Of a stretch of 64,000 nucleotides of DNA, positions 29,101-43,806 are shown piece after piece (the first letter of the stretch is position 1; each line of letters starts with the position of its first letter). The notes under the pieces were generated by a model, which was not told the origin of the DNA, searched no databases, and saw only the letters and a program-made list of their open reading frames with translations. The translations under genes and the position numbers were made by a program. Source of the stretch: Tubiluchus corallicola (taxonomy: Eukaryota > Animalia > Priapulida); NCBI GenBank assembly GCA_030141605.1, contig JAQGDQ010000079.1:1-64000 (forward strand), written 5' to 3'.

Positions 29101-30724
29101 TTTCTAACTATACTGATTGTAACCAAGCAAAATTGATACTGGTGTGAAAATGAAGCAAAACCAGTTATTATTAACATACTAATGCACTTGCACTAATACA
29201 TTATAAGAAACAACAGTATTTTATTAATTCACACATTTACAGTAATAAGAAATAGAATAATAAAAAATTATTATAAAAATATCGAAAAGTATTTGACTAT
29301 TTCACTATTATTAAATATTTTCATCTCATACAGTTGTTTGCAGTTGGAAAGACAAAATGTGCTGTAGTTTTCAAGACCATGTGCAAATCAAGGATAATAA
29401 GTGGAAAATGTGCAGCTGTGCATGCAATACATTTCAGTGAATGAATAGTAAAATAAGAATGCTAACAGTTACATAATGAGAAAACAGTTAAATCAGAAAA
29501 ATATGTGAAAAGGGTGTCATGGGAGGCATATTTAAAAAAAATTACCAGGGCAGACAAAAACTTATCTCCTCACTTTCATAATTTCTTATGTAATACCAAT
29601 ACAATAAATTATTAGAGATTTACCTTTTGAACTTAACTGCTATGAATTTCTTAGTATTTTCACATGATAAAGTGGATAAGTGAGAACATGTGCATGTAAA
29701 AATGCAATAAAAATTTCAAAACAAAGAAAATACTTTTGCACCTTTGAAAATGTCAAAAAACGTGTACAATTGGTTAAATACCTGTACTGAAACTGTATTT
29801 AGGTGTATGCCTACACTAGCTTACTATTTTACTATAAGAGACAATGTTATCTTAACAAGAAATAAAGCTGTTACACCAGTTACATGTTACTTTGTTCTTT
29901 AGGAAACCGTGTACAGAAAGCACAAATGTTATATTTACATGGTATATACACGACTTCGACCACTTGCACTTCGAGTACGCTTACCTGAAAAAAACATAAA
30001 CCATGCATTTCTACGAATTCTTAACAGTGCCTCCCATTCTATCATGTACTTACCTACGTATGATTTCATCTAAAAGTTAGGATCCTTGAAAAACATTTAC
30101 TTTATTAAGACGAAGTTAGAATTTAGATGCAATACACACCTTAAGAGCTACTATTCAATTAAAAACTGATTAAGTCAACCTATGTTTTTATATTTAATAA
30201 AACTGTATGCGATAAATGTGTCAAAAGAGTTTATACTGAGTTTATACTGAAAATGCTTTGTTTCTTTTGGTTACATAATACAATGTCCAAAGAAGACTTT
30301 GCATTTAACAAATAGCTACAAAATCAGTCACGTCGTCACATATGATCTGATTTTAAGTTAACAAAACCATGAAAATACTAACTGCCGTTCAGCTATAAAA
30401 ATACTACAAAAGCTGATCAAGTTACAACATGTCATGTCAACTCGTGTGTTTATTTACAAAAAGTAAACTATTTAGCCACTTCAACATTTTGAAATAACAA
30501 CACAGTACATTTCTCCTTCTTATATAGTATACAGTGCCCTAAAACTACTTTCTTATAAGAAAATTTTCCTACATAATTTGTTCTCCTAATACTTATGTCA
30601 GACATAAAAACAAACTTTTTCCATAATAGCACTATACACTAATGTTGTTAAAAATATTTGAATTTATAAATGATAATTATTGATATAAATCTTGTATCAT
30701 ATGGAATAAATATGGAAAATAGCC

Positions 30725-31294
30725 TAGTATAGGTATACTAAAAAATTGTTATCGTATCGATACAAGAAAGTATCAAACCATCAAAGATGCCACAAAGTAT
30801 CTGTGGTATCACAGATCCATACCACTCCATCTGAAATCTATTGACATTTCAGCTTACCAAGACAATTTAAAAACACACTTTTACATCTTGCCTTGTTTTT
30901 AATTTTTACTTTGTTATCATGATTTTTTCGAGGACGATTTTCCAGGATTGACTTTGTACTGACTCAGTGGCAAGCTCGCTTAAGTACACAACATTTGAAA
31001 CAAACAGCATTCCTGAAGACTGTTCCTATTGATAAATTCTCATCAGTACAGTCAGTTATTAATTATTCAGTAAAGTTGGTTTTGACTTATTTTTTTATTT
31101 AAACCCTTTTTTATAACTCACATCAATTCGGCTTGCTAGAATAATACTGCATTTTATCAAACTTATGACATATCACATTGTATTCTATCGCAGAATTGCT
31201 CTAATGTTGATGGGGAAAAATATCGTATCATACTGATCTCGTATCACCCAATTAGTATCGATTAACAGCACTACCATACCTAAGGTCATACTAG
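30725..31294. mobile_element. Possible decayed hAT-like MITE with TATCG/GATAC subterminal repeats
   Basis: Clusters of TATCGTATCGATAC-like motifs at both ends (~30760-30825 and ~31220-31272); right end ATCGATTAACAGCACTA. No clear TSD. Confidence 0.35.
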
Positions 31295-31793
31295 TAATTT
31301 ACAAAATATTACACCATTACATCATTACTTATAGTACAAAACCACAAAGATGACTTAACATCAAACATATTCCTAAAACTTGGGAAAACCAATAAAGGAG
31401 GTACATAAATGTGCTAAAAACTGTTTTATGTACTGGGTGGGTGACATGGCAGATCATGCCACATCTTGACAGAGGTTTCAGACAACTAGATCTCTTGCAA
31501 CCAATAGCCAAAATTAATTAACAATACAGTTCATGGAATAAATCCAAAATTAATTAATTAAGACATCAAACCTATCCAAAAAACAAAAATGTGAAAAAAT
31601 TGGAAATGAACTGTTGTTATGGCATAATCCCAAAGTTTCTGGATCAAATCCAGACTTAGTCCTAACATCTCACTTTTCCACTACCTCCATTTGCACTGAC
31701 TTTAAATTCATATAATTAATAATTGTGGATTTATTCTACTAGTCTTGGAAATCAATGATTAATATTACATTAACATACGTTAAATCGCCACAT

Positions 31794-34700
31794 TTATCTA
31801 GAACTCGCCATACCAGTCAAATCATGTTGCCCCATAACTGCATCGGCAGCAGCACCATACATCAAAGCAGGAAGTCTGGCCTGAATAAGAGGCTCCCTCT
31901 CTGTAAAAAATAAACAACCATTGAAATGAATTTTAAAATGAGTAATACTCCAAAAAAATCGACCATGTCCAGTACTGTACATCCTGCAAATCTTTCATTA
32001 CATAACTGACATTGCATTAAATTGACACGTATGTCTCAAAAAACTAATTATAATTATTAAGATATCATATATCATAAATGATAAAATAATAATATAATAA
32101 ATTAAGTAGCGAAGAGTTAGATGATTTGAACATTCTCTTTCCTTCGGTATTCAAGCTCCTAATAGAGAAACAACAGGCAACTCTTTTTGTCCAACCCAGC
32201 TGTTAAAAAGTGAACATGCTGATGATGCTACTGCTGAGGCATGTAGCTTAGAAGTGAGTTTTCTATCATCAAGATACAAATACTCAAATCTGAATACAAA
32301 GCAAAGTATTTATGTTGACTGCTACTTGCTCTACATTCTACAAGCATTATGCAGACAAGCTGCTTAAACTAAAATTCTCTGTGTATTTCCTCTGTTTGCA
32401 CCGTGCATCTTTCTCTGTCACAAGACATACAAAAACATAGATTTCAATAAAATTTTGTGAAGTTTGTTAGTGCAGGTATATGTGTATATAACTGTAAAGG
32501 TAATGGTTTCTAAGGAGAAATTTCACATGAGAAAGGAGACAAAAAGTATGAAAAATTTTGACTTTACAACCAATTAATTACAGATAGGACAACATTAGAA
32601 CAATTAACTCCCATTAGAGCTGTTTCCTATAATTTGTTGATTAGCATTTCGGGTGGAGTTATTTGCTCTATAATTTGCCTTTCTGACTTCACGGTTTGCA
32701 CCTTCATCAGATCCTACTGAACTCTCTGGAGTGGCTTCTCTCCGTAAACGTTCATATTCACGATGGATCTGCCACGTACGATATGGAGGTGGTGGAAACG
32801 GAGGACGATTTCTTTCCCGGTAGCTCTGAACACAAATGCCAGCTGTGGCAAGAATGGCCCAAATGCACGTCAACACTATATCTGAAAATTATTCAACTTC
32901 ATTGCAACTTTCAAAATATTTATTAGTTACAAAAAATAATTATTTTTAAACTAACAGAAAGAATAAGGGAAAATCAAAAGAAGTTTGAATTCAAACAGTA
33001 ATCTGGCATTTACATTTGCTTCTATGCAGAAATTTTCCAGTTAGTTTACCACCATAAATTTAGCTTGGTACAATAAAATAACAAAATGGCTTAAAGTGTT
33101 GACAAGACAGGCAGTTTAAAGTACTTCAAAAGCCAAAATGTATTTTATTCAACAAAAAGACAAAGCATCTACTTTTCAATCGCTCAGCAATACAGTTGCA
33201 CCAGCATTGTGAGTGGAGTAATATAAAGTTCAATTCTGCAGCAGGTACCGACAGGAGTGGATCTAAATTCCCAATGACCAGCTGAAAGGACCTTCTGTTC
33301 ATAGGCAGTTGTTTTCGATACACTGCTCAGCTTACAAATAAACAAATCATTCCGTACTTTGGACAATAACTAATGTAAAGTCCCAAGATAAATCCATCAT
33401 ATGTTTGGTTTGCCACGGTGATGCACTCTAAATTTTGTACAAATTGAAATGATTTTTGAAAATGAACAAACAGCTGGAAAAACGACTATTTAAATAACAT
33501 ACCATAGTGTATGTAAATCATAATAACCGTTACAAGCAATCGAGCAATAGATTTTAATAAGCATTTTTATGTTGAAGTGCAACTGACTTTTTTTAATGCT
33601 GGGAATACCAACATACTTTTCATTTAAATAAAGCTACAAAGAATAGGTTTTAAATTACATTGTAAGTACAAATAATGAATGCTGCAAAAATAGAATCAAA
33701 ACTGTGACTTTATGGCAACCAAATATAAAAAAGAGAACAATTAATTAATTCTTATTGATCTTAATCACAATAATGCTATAAAGACAAATGATTGCAATCA
33801 CTATTTTAACCTCACACTCACCGCTTGTTTGGTATGGTGCAAAGACAAATGCATCAAAAAACTCTTCGTATCCATGCCTGACAGTGTTAATAATGATACA
33901 GAGCATGGATCCATGAGTAAACTGATTAACTGCTATAATGAAAGCATATGAACCAATGATCGCACAGGATGCTATGCTAACCTAGAACAAAAGTGCTTTT
34001 ACAAAAAATATCCAAATTAGAATAGAAGTGGCCCGTACCAGGCATTTTTGAGTCAATTAAGCGATTGAGTATATTAACCGTGAGTCTATTAAGCGGTGCC
34101 TACTGTACGACTTTAAGCTTTTCTTCTAGCTAGCCTGCTATTAGTCCATTTCCAAACAATGTCAAATCAGATACCATTATGCATTATGGTAGAGTTAGCA
34201 TATATAAACACCAACTTACCGTTCGACTCAGTGGAAGCAACACAGCTCCTGTAAACACCATAACAGTTGCAAATACCATCCAGTAGTTTGTAGCACTACG
34301 AAATAAATCTATGTGACCTTTAAAATGAAATCAAATGTACATATAATATGTATATATAATTATAATAAGCATAACAAAGAAGAAAATACAAAACAATTAC
34401 GAATAGAATTGTAGCCTATAAACCAGCATCCAGCAGCTGGCAATGTTTACAAACATTTATATAATACTAAAATAGCACATATTCACTCAAACTAGATGTC
34501 ATTTGGTCGAAGTCTTTATAGAATTTTCAGTGCACCACATGTCTCATTAATTCCATTTGCATTATTTCGCCGAGTTTTAGAAAAGAGAGAGATACACGGT
34601 TTTAGTATAACATATTAAAACCATCATAAACAAATAATGTAGGACAAAAATTAAAACACACCTAGCAATAAAATATATAATATATTATTAATGAAGCCTA

Positions 34701-37700
34701 CAAAATATGCACAATTTTATGCATAAAATGCAGTCTTGAAAAAAACAACAAATTCTTAACACAAAACAATAACACCAATACTTAATGTGAGATAATAAAG
34801 AATGTTTATTAACTGCTGTGTTTCAGCTGCACACTATCACTTAAAGGCTGTTTTCTAAATGGCATGCAAGTTTTACACCAACGGGTCAAGAGGTACATGG
34901 ACAACAAACGTGGTATAAAACCTGTATACATTAAGAAGTAACTTACCAAGTTCTTGCCTAATATAATTATCACGCTTCAACTGAATACATTGTACGAAAA
35001 AGTAACAAATTTTCAGTTTATATTTTAACTGCAGCAACTCGATTATGCTGGTACGGCAGCTAAACTGCTTCAGTACAACAGATAATGACACATATAACCA
35101 ATGGCATGCCTGAATTACTGTTATACCCTACTAGAGGCACCAGACAGAACTGTGCAATAGAAGTTTTGCATTACTCTTATATTGCAAAATTATAGCTTGC
35201 ACTTTAGCCAACCAGAAGTGTGAAACTTACCTCCATAATGAACAACAATAGCAATTTGCTAGATGATAGCTACTATGCATAGCTGAAATGTTGCTGTTAA
35301 TAAAAATTCCTTTTTGTGTGACAATAAGTGATGAGCTTGACAATATTAAGGTGTGCAAATGTAGAGTTATAATGCAAAAAAATTAGCTATATTATTTTCT
35401 ATATCATAATTTTTGGAACCTTTTTTATACAACTTAATCAAAGTTGTATCAACAAAATTTTTACGTAAAAGTAGACAACATCTGAAAGACCAAACTTACC
35501 AAATGGAGTAAAAAATAGAAGACTAGATACAACAAATCCTAGCAAGAATGCTGTTAGTAAAATGGAAATGATGGGTATGGAAATGCAAACCCAAACTAGT
35601 AACCACAGCATTCCAACGACAGCACCAACCAACACAGCTGCAATTACTTCATCTGAAATGTTTAGATCATTTATCAAAAATGTACACTTTTAATAATTTA
35701 CTGCAAGAAACAATAGTTTAATTGACTGCACATTTTGTCATATTAACTTTAATTATTTTAAATGGAAAAAATTTGAGGGCAAACTTATATATGTCCAATT
35801 TGCCTAGTAGTGATAAGTATTCAGACGATGGCACACATCCGTCATATAATAGCAACTTTATATTTAGAAGATGAGTGTAGTATAAGTACTTTAAACTAAA
35901 AAAACCCTCATAACTACACATGTCATGACACATGTATAACGTGTAACTACATGTATCACATATTCACATATGATCACTAAACTTTAGTTTGAATAATAAC
36001 AGTCTACAAGAATAGGAATTACAATAACAACTTAATTACCTTCTAATAATGTATACCCGTGTGACCACAAATTAAAGCTCAAAATATCTGATAACAGATT
36101 ATAACATGTAAAAGTACAACAGAATGACAAATAATTTGTTAATTATTACAGCACAAAATTCATACATAACAGGCAGATAATGCAGGGAGACATTGCACAT
36201 ACCTGTTAAACTCATTTCTGACACTCTGGCCAAAAGAGGCATTAAAGCTGCCATTGTGGAGAGCATACCCGTAAAAAAAATCTCTGAAGAAAAAAATGGC
36301 CAATTTATTAACTAAAACATTATTGCTTTAAAATCACACCTGAAAGTATGAACAGTTAGAGATCTAGATCGAGTATACAGAAACACGCAAAATGCATCGC
36401 TATAGACTTAAACTCTGATAACCGGAAAAGACAGCATTGTTTATTAATGACATTAAAAGCCTTGATATTAATCCATTTATGCACATGTAAGTACTCACCA
36501 GTTTTGAAACAACGATGTCCAAAAAAGCACATAAACAATCCAATGATACCAGTTATGGTTAAGACTATTTGGGCAGCTATATCATCTGAAAAAAATTAAA
36601 CGTACTAGAATATTTCATCAGTGTATCAATAATAGAGTAATTTTGCTAATTTAGCTATCAATAATTTAATGGCACTCTTCATGTGAAAAAATTCAGAGTC
36701 TACAAAGTATAAAAGTATAACTGGCTGACACTGTTTATTCAGGTTATTGGCACCAAACTGAATAACTTTGCATAATGTTTCTAGTTACAACCCATTGAAA
36801 ATGGCCTATAATGCCATTGATAGAAAACTGTTATAAAAGCTTTAATTATTCCAGGAACTTGAATGGAGCAGCCACATCTAACTGCTGCTTCAGCTTGCTA
36901 CCTTAGCCCAGCTGTCAGATTGTAGATCATATTATCAATCTGATAAACTCTGCAAACTCCCACTCATTGAAGTCTTCTGCTACCTTAAACATCTTTTTAT
37001 CTTTTCCTAATATATCAAAAACTTCTGACATAATATATGTTATGCTAAATTTTTTGTTATTGGTGACACTATACAATCAGTGTAATTATAGTAGATAACC
37101 GCACAGCTGCTTCGAAGGAATGTCATTCATCAACAATCTGTCCAGGAATATATGGCTCATTAAAAGCACTTTGCCTACAAACAATATCACACAACACTTT
37201 CAACAAGTTGCAACTAAAACATTAATGAAACCAAGTATAATCTCATTGTCAGTTTAAACTGGAAACCAATGCCAATTTTGCATAGTGATACTTTCTGTAA
37301 CAGTTATTTTGAAACAGTATTATCCGCAAAATACATAGCTAATCATAAAAAGGAAATGAGAGAAAAGAAACCAAAAATGTACAAAAATAGACACTACTAG
37401 CAGAATACCTCAGCTAGTTACCTATTTCAGAGCACAAGTTATACCTTCCGTGTAATTCACAGGCATAACTAGCAGCTGGTGTATATACAGCAATGGTATC
37501 AAACTCTGTATCAGTGACAAGAACAGTATATACAGCACCAAAACCTTGGTAGTTAGAAAACTTTAGTCTTGTTTTCCCTCCATGCTTCAAAGTATGTACC
37601 TGTAAAACAAAAGAAACAGTGCACATCATCATCATCACCATCATCATCACCATTATCAATAAAATACTCAATGTACCTAGTTTCAAAAAGACATCAAAAC

Positions 37701-40700
37701 TTCACAAACTTTTACTCTGTCCAAAAATACAATCAGCTTTCACACAGGTGCTAAAGTGCTCCTATTTGTACAAGCTATAAATGCTTATAAATATTCTGGT
37801 ATTTATAGAATTTTTGCAAAGTACATTAAATAACAATTTGTTTACTCTGCAGCTGACATATTAACTATCTGCAGTAATATAAGTGGCAGCAAAAATTGAG
37901 TGTACCCCGTCAAATTTTATACTTTTTTGAAAACTAAGTGACACAAAAACTGTTTTTACAAATTATTCCAAACAAGCTCACTGATCACTGATTTTAAGAA
38001 GCTAAGCTAGAAATTGGAAATGTGTATACATGTCCAGAAATATACAATTCTCATATATAATTCTGAGCTCTTCTTCAAGCAAATGATGTTGCAATAAACA
38101 TAACTGAAAAGATAACTGGTAACTAAATCCATAGATAATACACTCCCATGGCTTTACTGTGACCTGGATGATGGCTATAGATAGATCTTACACCCATAAA
38201 AGTTCAAGTCAGAAGAAAAAAAGAGCTTTTGTGACAATTCATTTGTGCATGCATATTAGCACAACTTTTATTCTTAAAATCATGTATGACCTAAAGCTGT
38301 TTACTAAGCAAAAAAACTAACCTTAAATAATGACAGTTATTATTAGTGGTATTTTATTATTCAAATATTCTAAGAACAATTACTCCGACAATCGCATATT
38401 CGACCCTGGGATTTTTTCCTTTCATGCTCATCTTGGTAACCCACACATACAAATAAACAAAAAATACAATATAGAGGTGCACAGAAGGCACATTTTCATC
38501 AACTGAACCAAGGCCACTTTTTATGCCACAATACCAAACTGAATTCCGAATAAAATGTCAAATTAAATTGGAATAAAGGACAGACGCCAAAAGCCAAAAC
38601 GAAATTTTTTGCTGAAACTGAACCAAATTTTCTTACAACTCCGACTTTGTAATGCTTTATGTAATGTTTATCATTTTAAATTAGTAGTGACTGGTGACCT
38701 ACGTAAAATTGTCCTCTTTTAATTTAATGCTTATGTAGTAAAATATAAGTATTTTAAAAACAGCCCTAATTCTTTCAAAAGTTGTATAAACTATTTTGTA
38801 CAATCAATAAAAACAGTATTTAAGCAAAACTGCAAAAATAAATTGTTTACTAGCTTGAGTTCTCATTGATTTATTTCATCGGGTATAATACCAAGATATG
38901 TCACATTGACGCGACTTGTGTACCCGACAGAAATAGAAAGTAAAATGCCAGCTGTTCCACTATGTTCACTGTTTTAAATCAGCTTTTTTCAGATGAGCTT
39001 TTATAAGCATTACAGCAAGATATTCTGTTTGTTTAATATAATTTTTGCCAAATTTGACAATTGTTAAAAAGTACCGTATATACTTATGTACTTATGTATA
39101 AGTCTAATTTTTGGGAGGCGATTTTAAGGTGAAATTTTAGGGTCGACTTATACTACGATATGTTTTTGGGAGATGTCGCTAAAGAGTCGTCAACAATACG
39201 AATATGTAAAGAAATAATACTTCATTATACACTGGACTGAATGAACACTCATACTGTGATACTTCACATCAGAGAATGTTCGCATCTTGACATTACTTCA
39301 AAAAATTAACAAATATTACTGTAATTTATTTTAGTGTATGTGAAATTAAGTTAAAATTTATATATTAGCGGTAAATAAACTAGCAACGGAGCACTTGATC
39401 AGAACATAGAAATTGCCAATTTCTGACAAGTGCTGCCACCTGTCAATTAAAGGCATTACAAAGAATTATGCGTGATGAAAGGCCAGGCTGCATTATCATG
39501 GATTGCACTGAGGGCCCTCAACATGAATACACACGCACGTACGCACACACACACACATCGGGTAGGTAACTTGCACGTATCTTACACACTAACACAGTAA
39601 GCTATTGATTTAGTACTCGACCATTGTTGACATCATTTACTCTGGAAGATTTTAATATTTTATGGTCGACTTGTACACAGGTAATATGTAAAATGATGCA
39701 TTTTTGGTCTTAAAATGCACATTGACTTGTACATAAGGTCGACTGGTACACACGTATATACGGTAACTACGATAAACTGAAGTTCACTGAATCTTTTAAT
39801 GATTGCAATTGAAGTTTATCGGACTGGATTTTTATACCGATACTCAGGAAAAAGTTCAGCAATCTGAATGTTTGTTGCACCCCTAATACAATGCAGCAGT
39901 TATTGTATCACTGTGTATGTTAATTATTGAGCTAGAATGATGAATTCACCTATACCCACACTCTTGTCTGGACTGAACTATTGTGTTAACTATTACACTA
40001 TGAACTTGAAAATGAGATGTCCATGTAAATGATTTAACATATAGCATTGGAGTTTGTTGACTTTTAATAATCTAACTTGTTTTTAAATAATAAACATTCT
40101 ATGGTTTTTGAATAAACTTTTTTCCACATCAAGCTCTAAGCTCTGTGGTGCCATAGGATGACTAAGTAAGTATACAAAATTTCCGAATGAATTAGCCAGG
40201 GCTGATGGTGGAAAGATTGTTTTTCTGCCACATATAGCGGCAAAGATGGCAGATTGTTTTTATAGGACAATGGTGTTGGCTTAGTGCCAGGGACGTGAGC
40301 CTGTGAAATGAGCGGATAGAAGTCAGCATGTGGTCAATATAGGGTAAATAGGATAACCAAATAGCATTTTACTATTTGAAAAACATTCGAAGCTGCAAAC
40401 AATCAATTATTCGTGCACGTCCCTAGTTATCATTCACGTTAAATGTCAGAATAAACATTAAAAAATCAGAGAAGATATAGCAACTCGTTAGTCATTTCAC
40501 ATTTACCTTTTTTCCAAACTGCTGGACAGATGATGGAGTAAGAAATTTTGCCAGACCATTAAAGTAATGTTCCTCATTAAAATTGAATTGGTCCAGGTAA
40601 TAAAGGTAAATTTCATACTTGAACCTACAAGAACAGAGAAATTATCAAAAAAGCTAAAATGTTACTACTACAGTTAAAAGCAAAAGAACCTGAACAGTTA

Positions 40701-43355
40701 TCAAAAATAAAATTATTATACAACAGATAATTAATAATAATAAGCTATAACTATCTCGAAAAAATTCTGCACAACTTCTTATGTGGTACATTACCTGAAC
40801 AAATTAAATGGCATACTTAAAGTTGCAAAATGTTCAATAATTCACGGTAAAAACTTCCAATCTTAGTTTCAGTCTAGGTAGCACATCAACTGAGCTCTTA
40901 TAAATATATGAACAAAATGATAAATTAGATTTTATATTGCAAATTGTGCTTGGAAAATTAGTGTCCATTATCCTAAAGTCTGTAAAGTGATTATGCCTAA
41001 GCTATAACACAGGTATTGATAATAAAAGATCTGTGTTTCCTTGCCTATTTTGAACATAAAGCTCTTCACAGCTCGGCTGATACCAAGAATAATTACTGCT
41101 GCTGGCATACTGAAAGTCGAGTGTAGTAATGATTGCATCATAGGACAACTGGAAATATGGCGCCATATCTTGAGGAAATTCTAAGCTACAACCACCAGGA
41201 ACTGGAGCTGTCAAAAAATAAGACCATGTCAGCATGTATACTTTTCTGTATATGACAAGCTATTTCATTTCCAATATAATATAACATAACATAACATAAT
41301 ATAACTGATTAAACACCAGGTGAAAATAACTTTCCAACGATGAGACATACCAGTAAGACTCACATGTATGTTATTAGAAACTGAAAGTTAATAAAACATT
41401 TAGCAAGAAATGAATTTAGATATGGCTAAAAATCATCAACATGTTGAGTTGCAAATATGTGGTATGATTGGTAGGCATAGACCCTGTATATAGGAGACTG
41501 CATGCCATCTTAGGAGTTGGGACTTACTTATTATTGCTACACTCAAAATATACTATAATTATGAGAATTAACCCAGAATTTATATTCTGTTCTACAGTTA
41601 ACACTAATGAACCTATCACATGATCCTTACTTCATTAAATACAAGAATCAAGTTGAAAAAACAATACTCACTTACAGGTCTGTTAAATGTTCTTCAATTT
41701 GTCTAGCTGTCTAATAAAAAAATTGGTACAAATATGGCACTCTTCTATACACAACTGTGTTGGGCCAATTATCAACACTGGTAAGATACCAATATCTTTT
41801 CCATTCGACTAAATTATTTCTAATTATGTGATAGCAATTACTCAGTGTGCTTTCTCATTGCTTAGCTGGCGGTCAGCCTCATTTGGGTTGCCACAACACA
41901 CTAATGATTTTAACAAATCAACAACAAAAGTAAGTTGCCAGCATTGCTTACATTGCTTATATTGATACCTGCAAATTTATACCAACTTATACTGACAAAT
42001 TTAACTAGTGTTCTTGAATTATATAAAATTTCTAGGGCTTTTTAACCATAAAAATAATTGGCTAACCATAAAACATAATAACCATAAAAACATATACCTC
42101 CACGCTTGTAAGTAGTAGCAATCAACATCGCAGACACATTGACCTTGTTTGTGTTATTAAGAAAAACTGCTGTATTCTGCCACAGCTGATTTAGTATCAA
42201 ACCTGTAAAAAACATACAAAAGACTCATCGATGTGGATTTGTGTCACTGCAAAAACTTTCTTTTTTACATTTTAAGTTTTAATTTCTTTAAAGATAGCAT
42301 AATTGGGTAAACAAAATGTGACAACTTAATAGAATAAACACTCACCAACATTTTGGCCTGTGACCGAAGTATCGTACTGGTAAGTTTCCGATTCTGACAA
42401 AGTTAGATGAAAGCCTTGGTTATGAGCTTGCATTACAACAAACCAATCATCTTTTGTAAAATTATGCAGGGTAATTTTCCAAATACTGTGTGCAGGAATG
42501 GTTGTCCTAATAGGTGTATTGGGAGAAACAAATATTTCAGGTCCTATGAACAGAAAATAAATTTTAGAAAATTGGATTCTAATCTTCGTGAAGACAAATT
42601 TTATCTTCAGTACTTATATCTACAAAGTAGGCCTACACAGGCAATAGCCCTGCTGACCGCGGTCTTCGTGCAAGATATTAGATTGCGTTTTAGGCACTTG
42701 ATGTTTTAGACACTAGCGAAATCATTAAGCATAACACAGAAATTCCCTCTAAGATCTATATCAGTTCTTAGGCATGTTGTTCCTCATAATCTTAATTATA
42801 TTGATGAGAACAAGTGCCTGCACTATGCTAAAGATGTAAATTGCACTGTAAGAAAGTGAAAGTTTGTTTATAAAAATTAGTTTAAAAACATTGCTAAAAC
42901 ACATTTTTGTGTATGCACTATACCCAATTAGCAATTACTTGTGTACACTGACATAAATTAACTGCTCTGCTTTGCCTTTACATTTCTTTTTTCAGTTATA
43001 TACACATTATTTTTGCTTGCTGAGAACTTTCCAAACAACTGTACATTATTATCATTTTATTTAACTCGTAACTAATTATTGTGATACTTAGTCATCATCT
43101 GCATTTATTATTATTCTTTTTTTCACTTATTCCATTATTGTTACGCTTGTTTTATATTTTTTGTTATTGCTTTATTTTGATTATTTTACTTAAGTAATTA
43201 GCAATAATTGCATCCAGTGTCATCAATTCTGTTTTATGCTATAAGGAGTGAGTGACTAGATGGAGGAGTGACTTTATACATCTCCACGGATAAAGTAGTT
43301 TTTTTTCGTAAAATGGAAATTTGTGACACATTTGACGAAAATAAACGTCTATGCC

Positions 43356-43397
<42 letters not shown>

Positions 43398-43806
43398 GCA
43401 TTATTCTAGTAAACGTGGTCTACACGGTCTTTCACGCTGAAAAATTTAAATGAATTAATCTAAACACGGTAGTAAATGTCTAACAGGGAGATACAAATTG
43501 GGTACACACTTTACGACACACTTAAATTTACCAGTTAATTATGCACGCACATCAAAACTCTAACCTAAAAATAATGGAAAAACTGATGCGATTAAAATCG
43601 TGCATTGATTACTTATCATGAGCCGCTTATTCTCTTCTTTTTTAATCAATCATCGGACATAATTTATTTTCAAAATTTTGAACCCTGTACAGTGAATGTT
43701 TGGATAGATACCAAATTTCCAACCTACCTAAATGCTCAGAATTTTGTTGTGAAAGCGTACAGTAACAAAGCAAAAGCAGTAAAGCAGACAAATACGCGTA
43801 AATCAT
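31794..43806 (-). CDS. TM7SF3: Transmembrane 7 superfamily member 3 (TM7SF3)-like protein, 13 exons, ~568 aa
   Basis: Exons: 43806-43728 (signal peptide MIYAYLSALLLLLCYCTLS), 42543-42346, 42202-42098, 41207-41045 (APVPGGCSLEF; GC donor), 40624-40507 (FKYEIYLYYL), 37599-37422 (YTPAASYAC), 36585-36499 (GLFMCFFGHRCFKT), 36283-36203, 35652-35500 (SSLLFFTPFG), 34317-34220, 33981-33822, 32881-32702 (RERNRPPFPPPPY), 31900-31794 (EREPLI...TAA). PVPGGC, CFFGHR, FFTP and RPPFPPPPY match the TM7SF3 family. The final splice is uncertain; the alternative is read-through to the stop at 32604. Confidence 0.88.
34021..34105. mobile_element. Truncated terminal fragment of MITE family A in a TM7SF3 intron
   Basis: AATAGAAG...CAGGCATTTTTGAGTCAATTAAGCGATTGAG...GAGTCTATTAAGCGGTGCCTACTG-TA matches the terminus of copies 1 and 2. 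Confidence 0.75.
38472..39885. mobile_element. hAT-type MITE with 8-bp TSD in TM7SF3 intron 5
   Basis: TIR TAGAGGTGCA / TGCACCCCTA (1 mismatch); flanking 8-mers ATACAATA / ATACAATG (7/8); subterminal (A)ACTGAA/CCGAA repeats. Confidence 0.75.
39074..39763. mobile_element. Tc2/pogo-like MITE nested inside the hAT element
   Basis: TIR CCGTATATAC / GTATATACGG with TA flanks; four subterminal GTCGACTT(A/G)TAC-like repeats (~39142, 39665, 39722, 39738). Confidence 0.8.
43357..43397. repeat. (TA)n(TG)n microsatellite
   Basis: Direct inspection. Confidence 0.9.
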
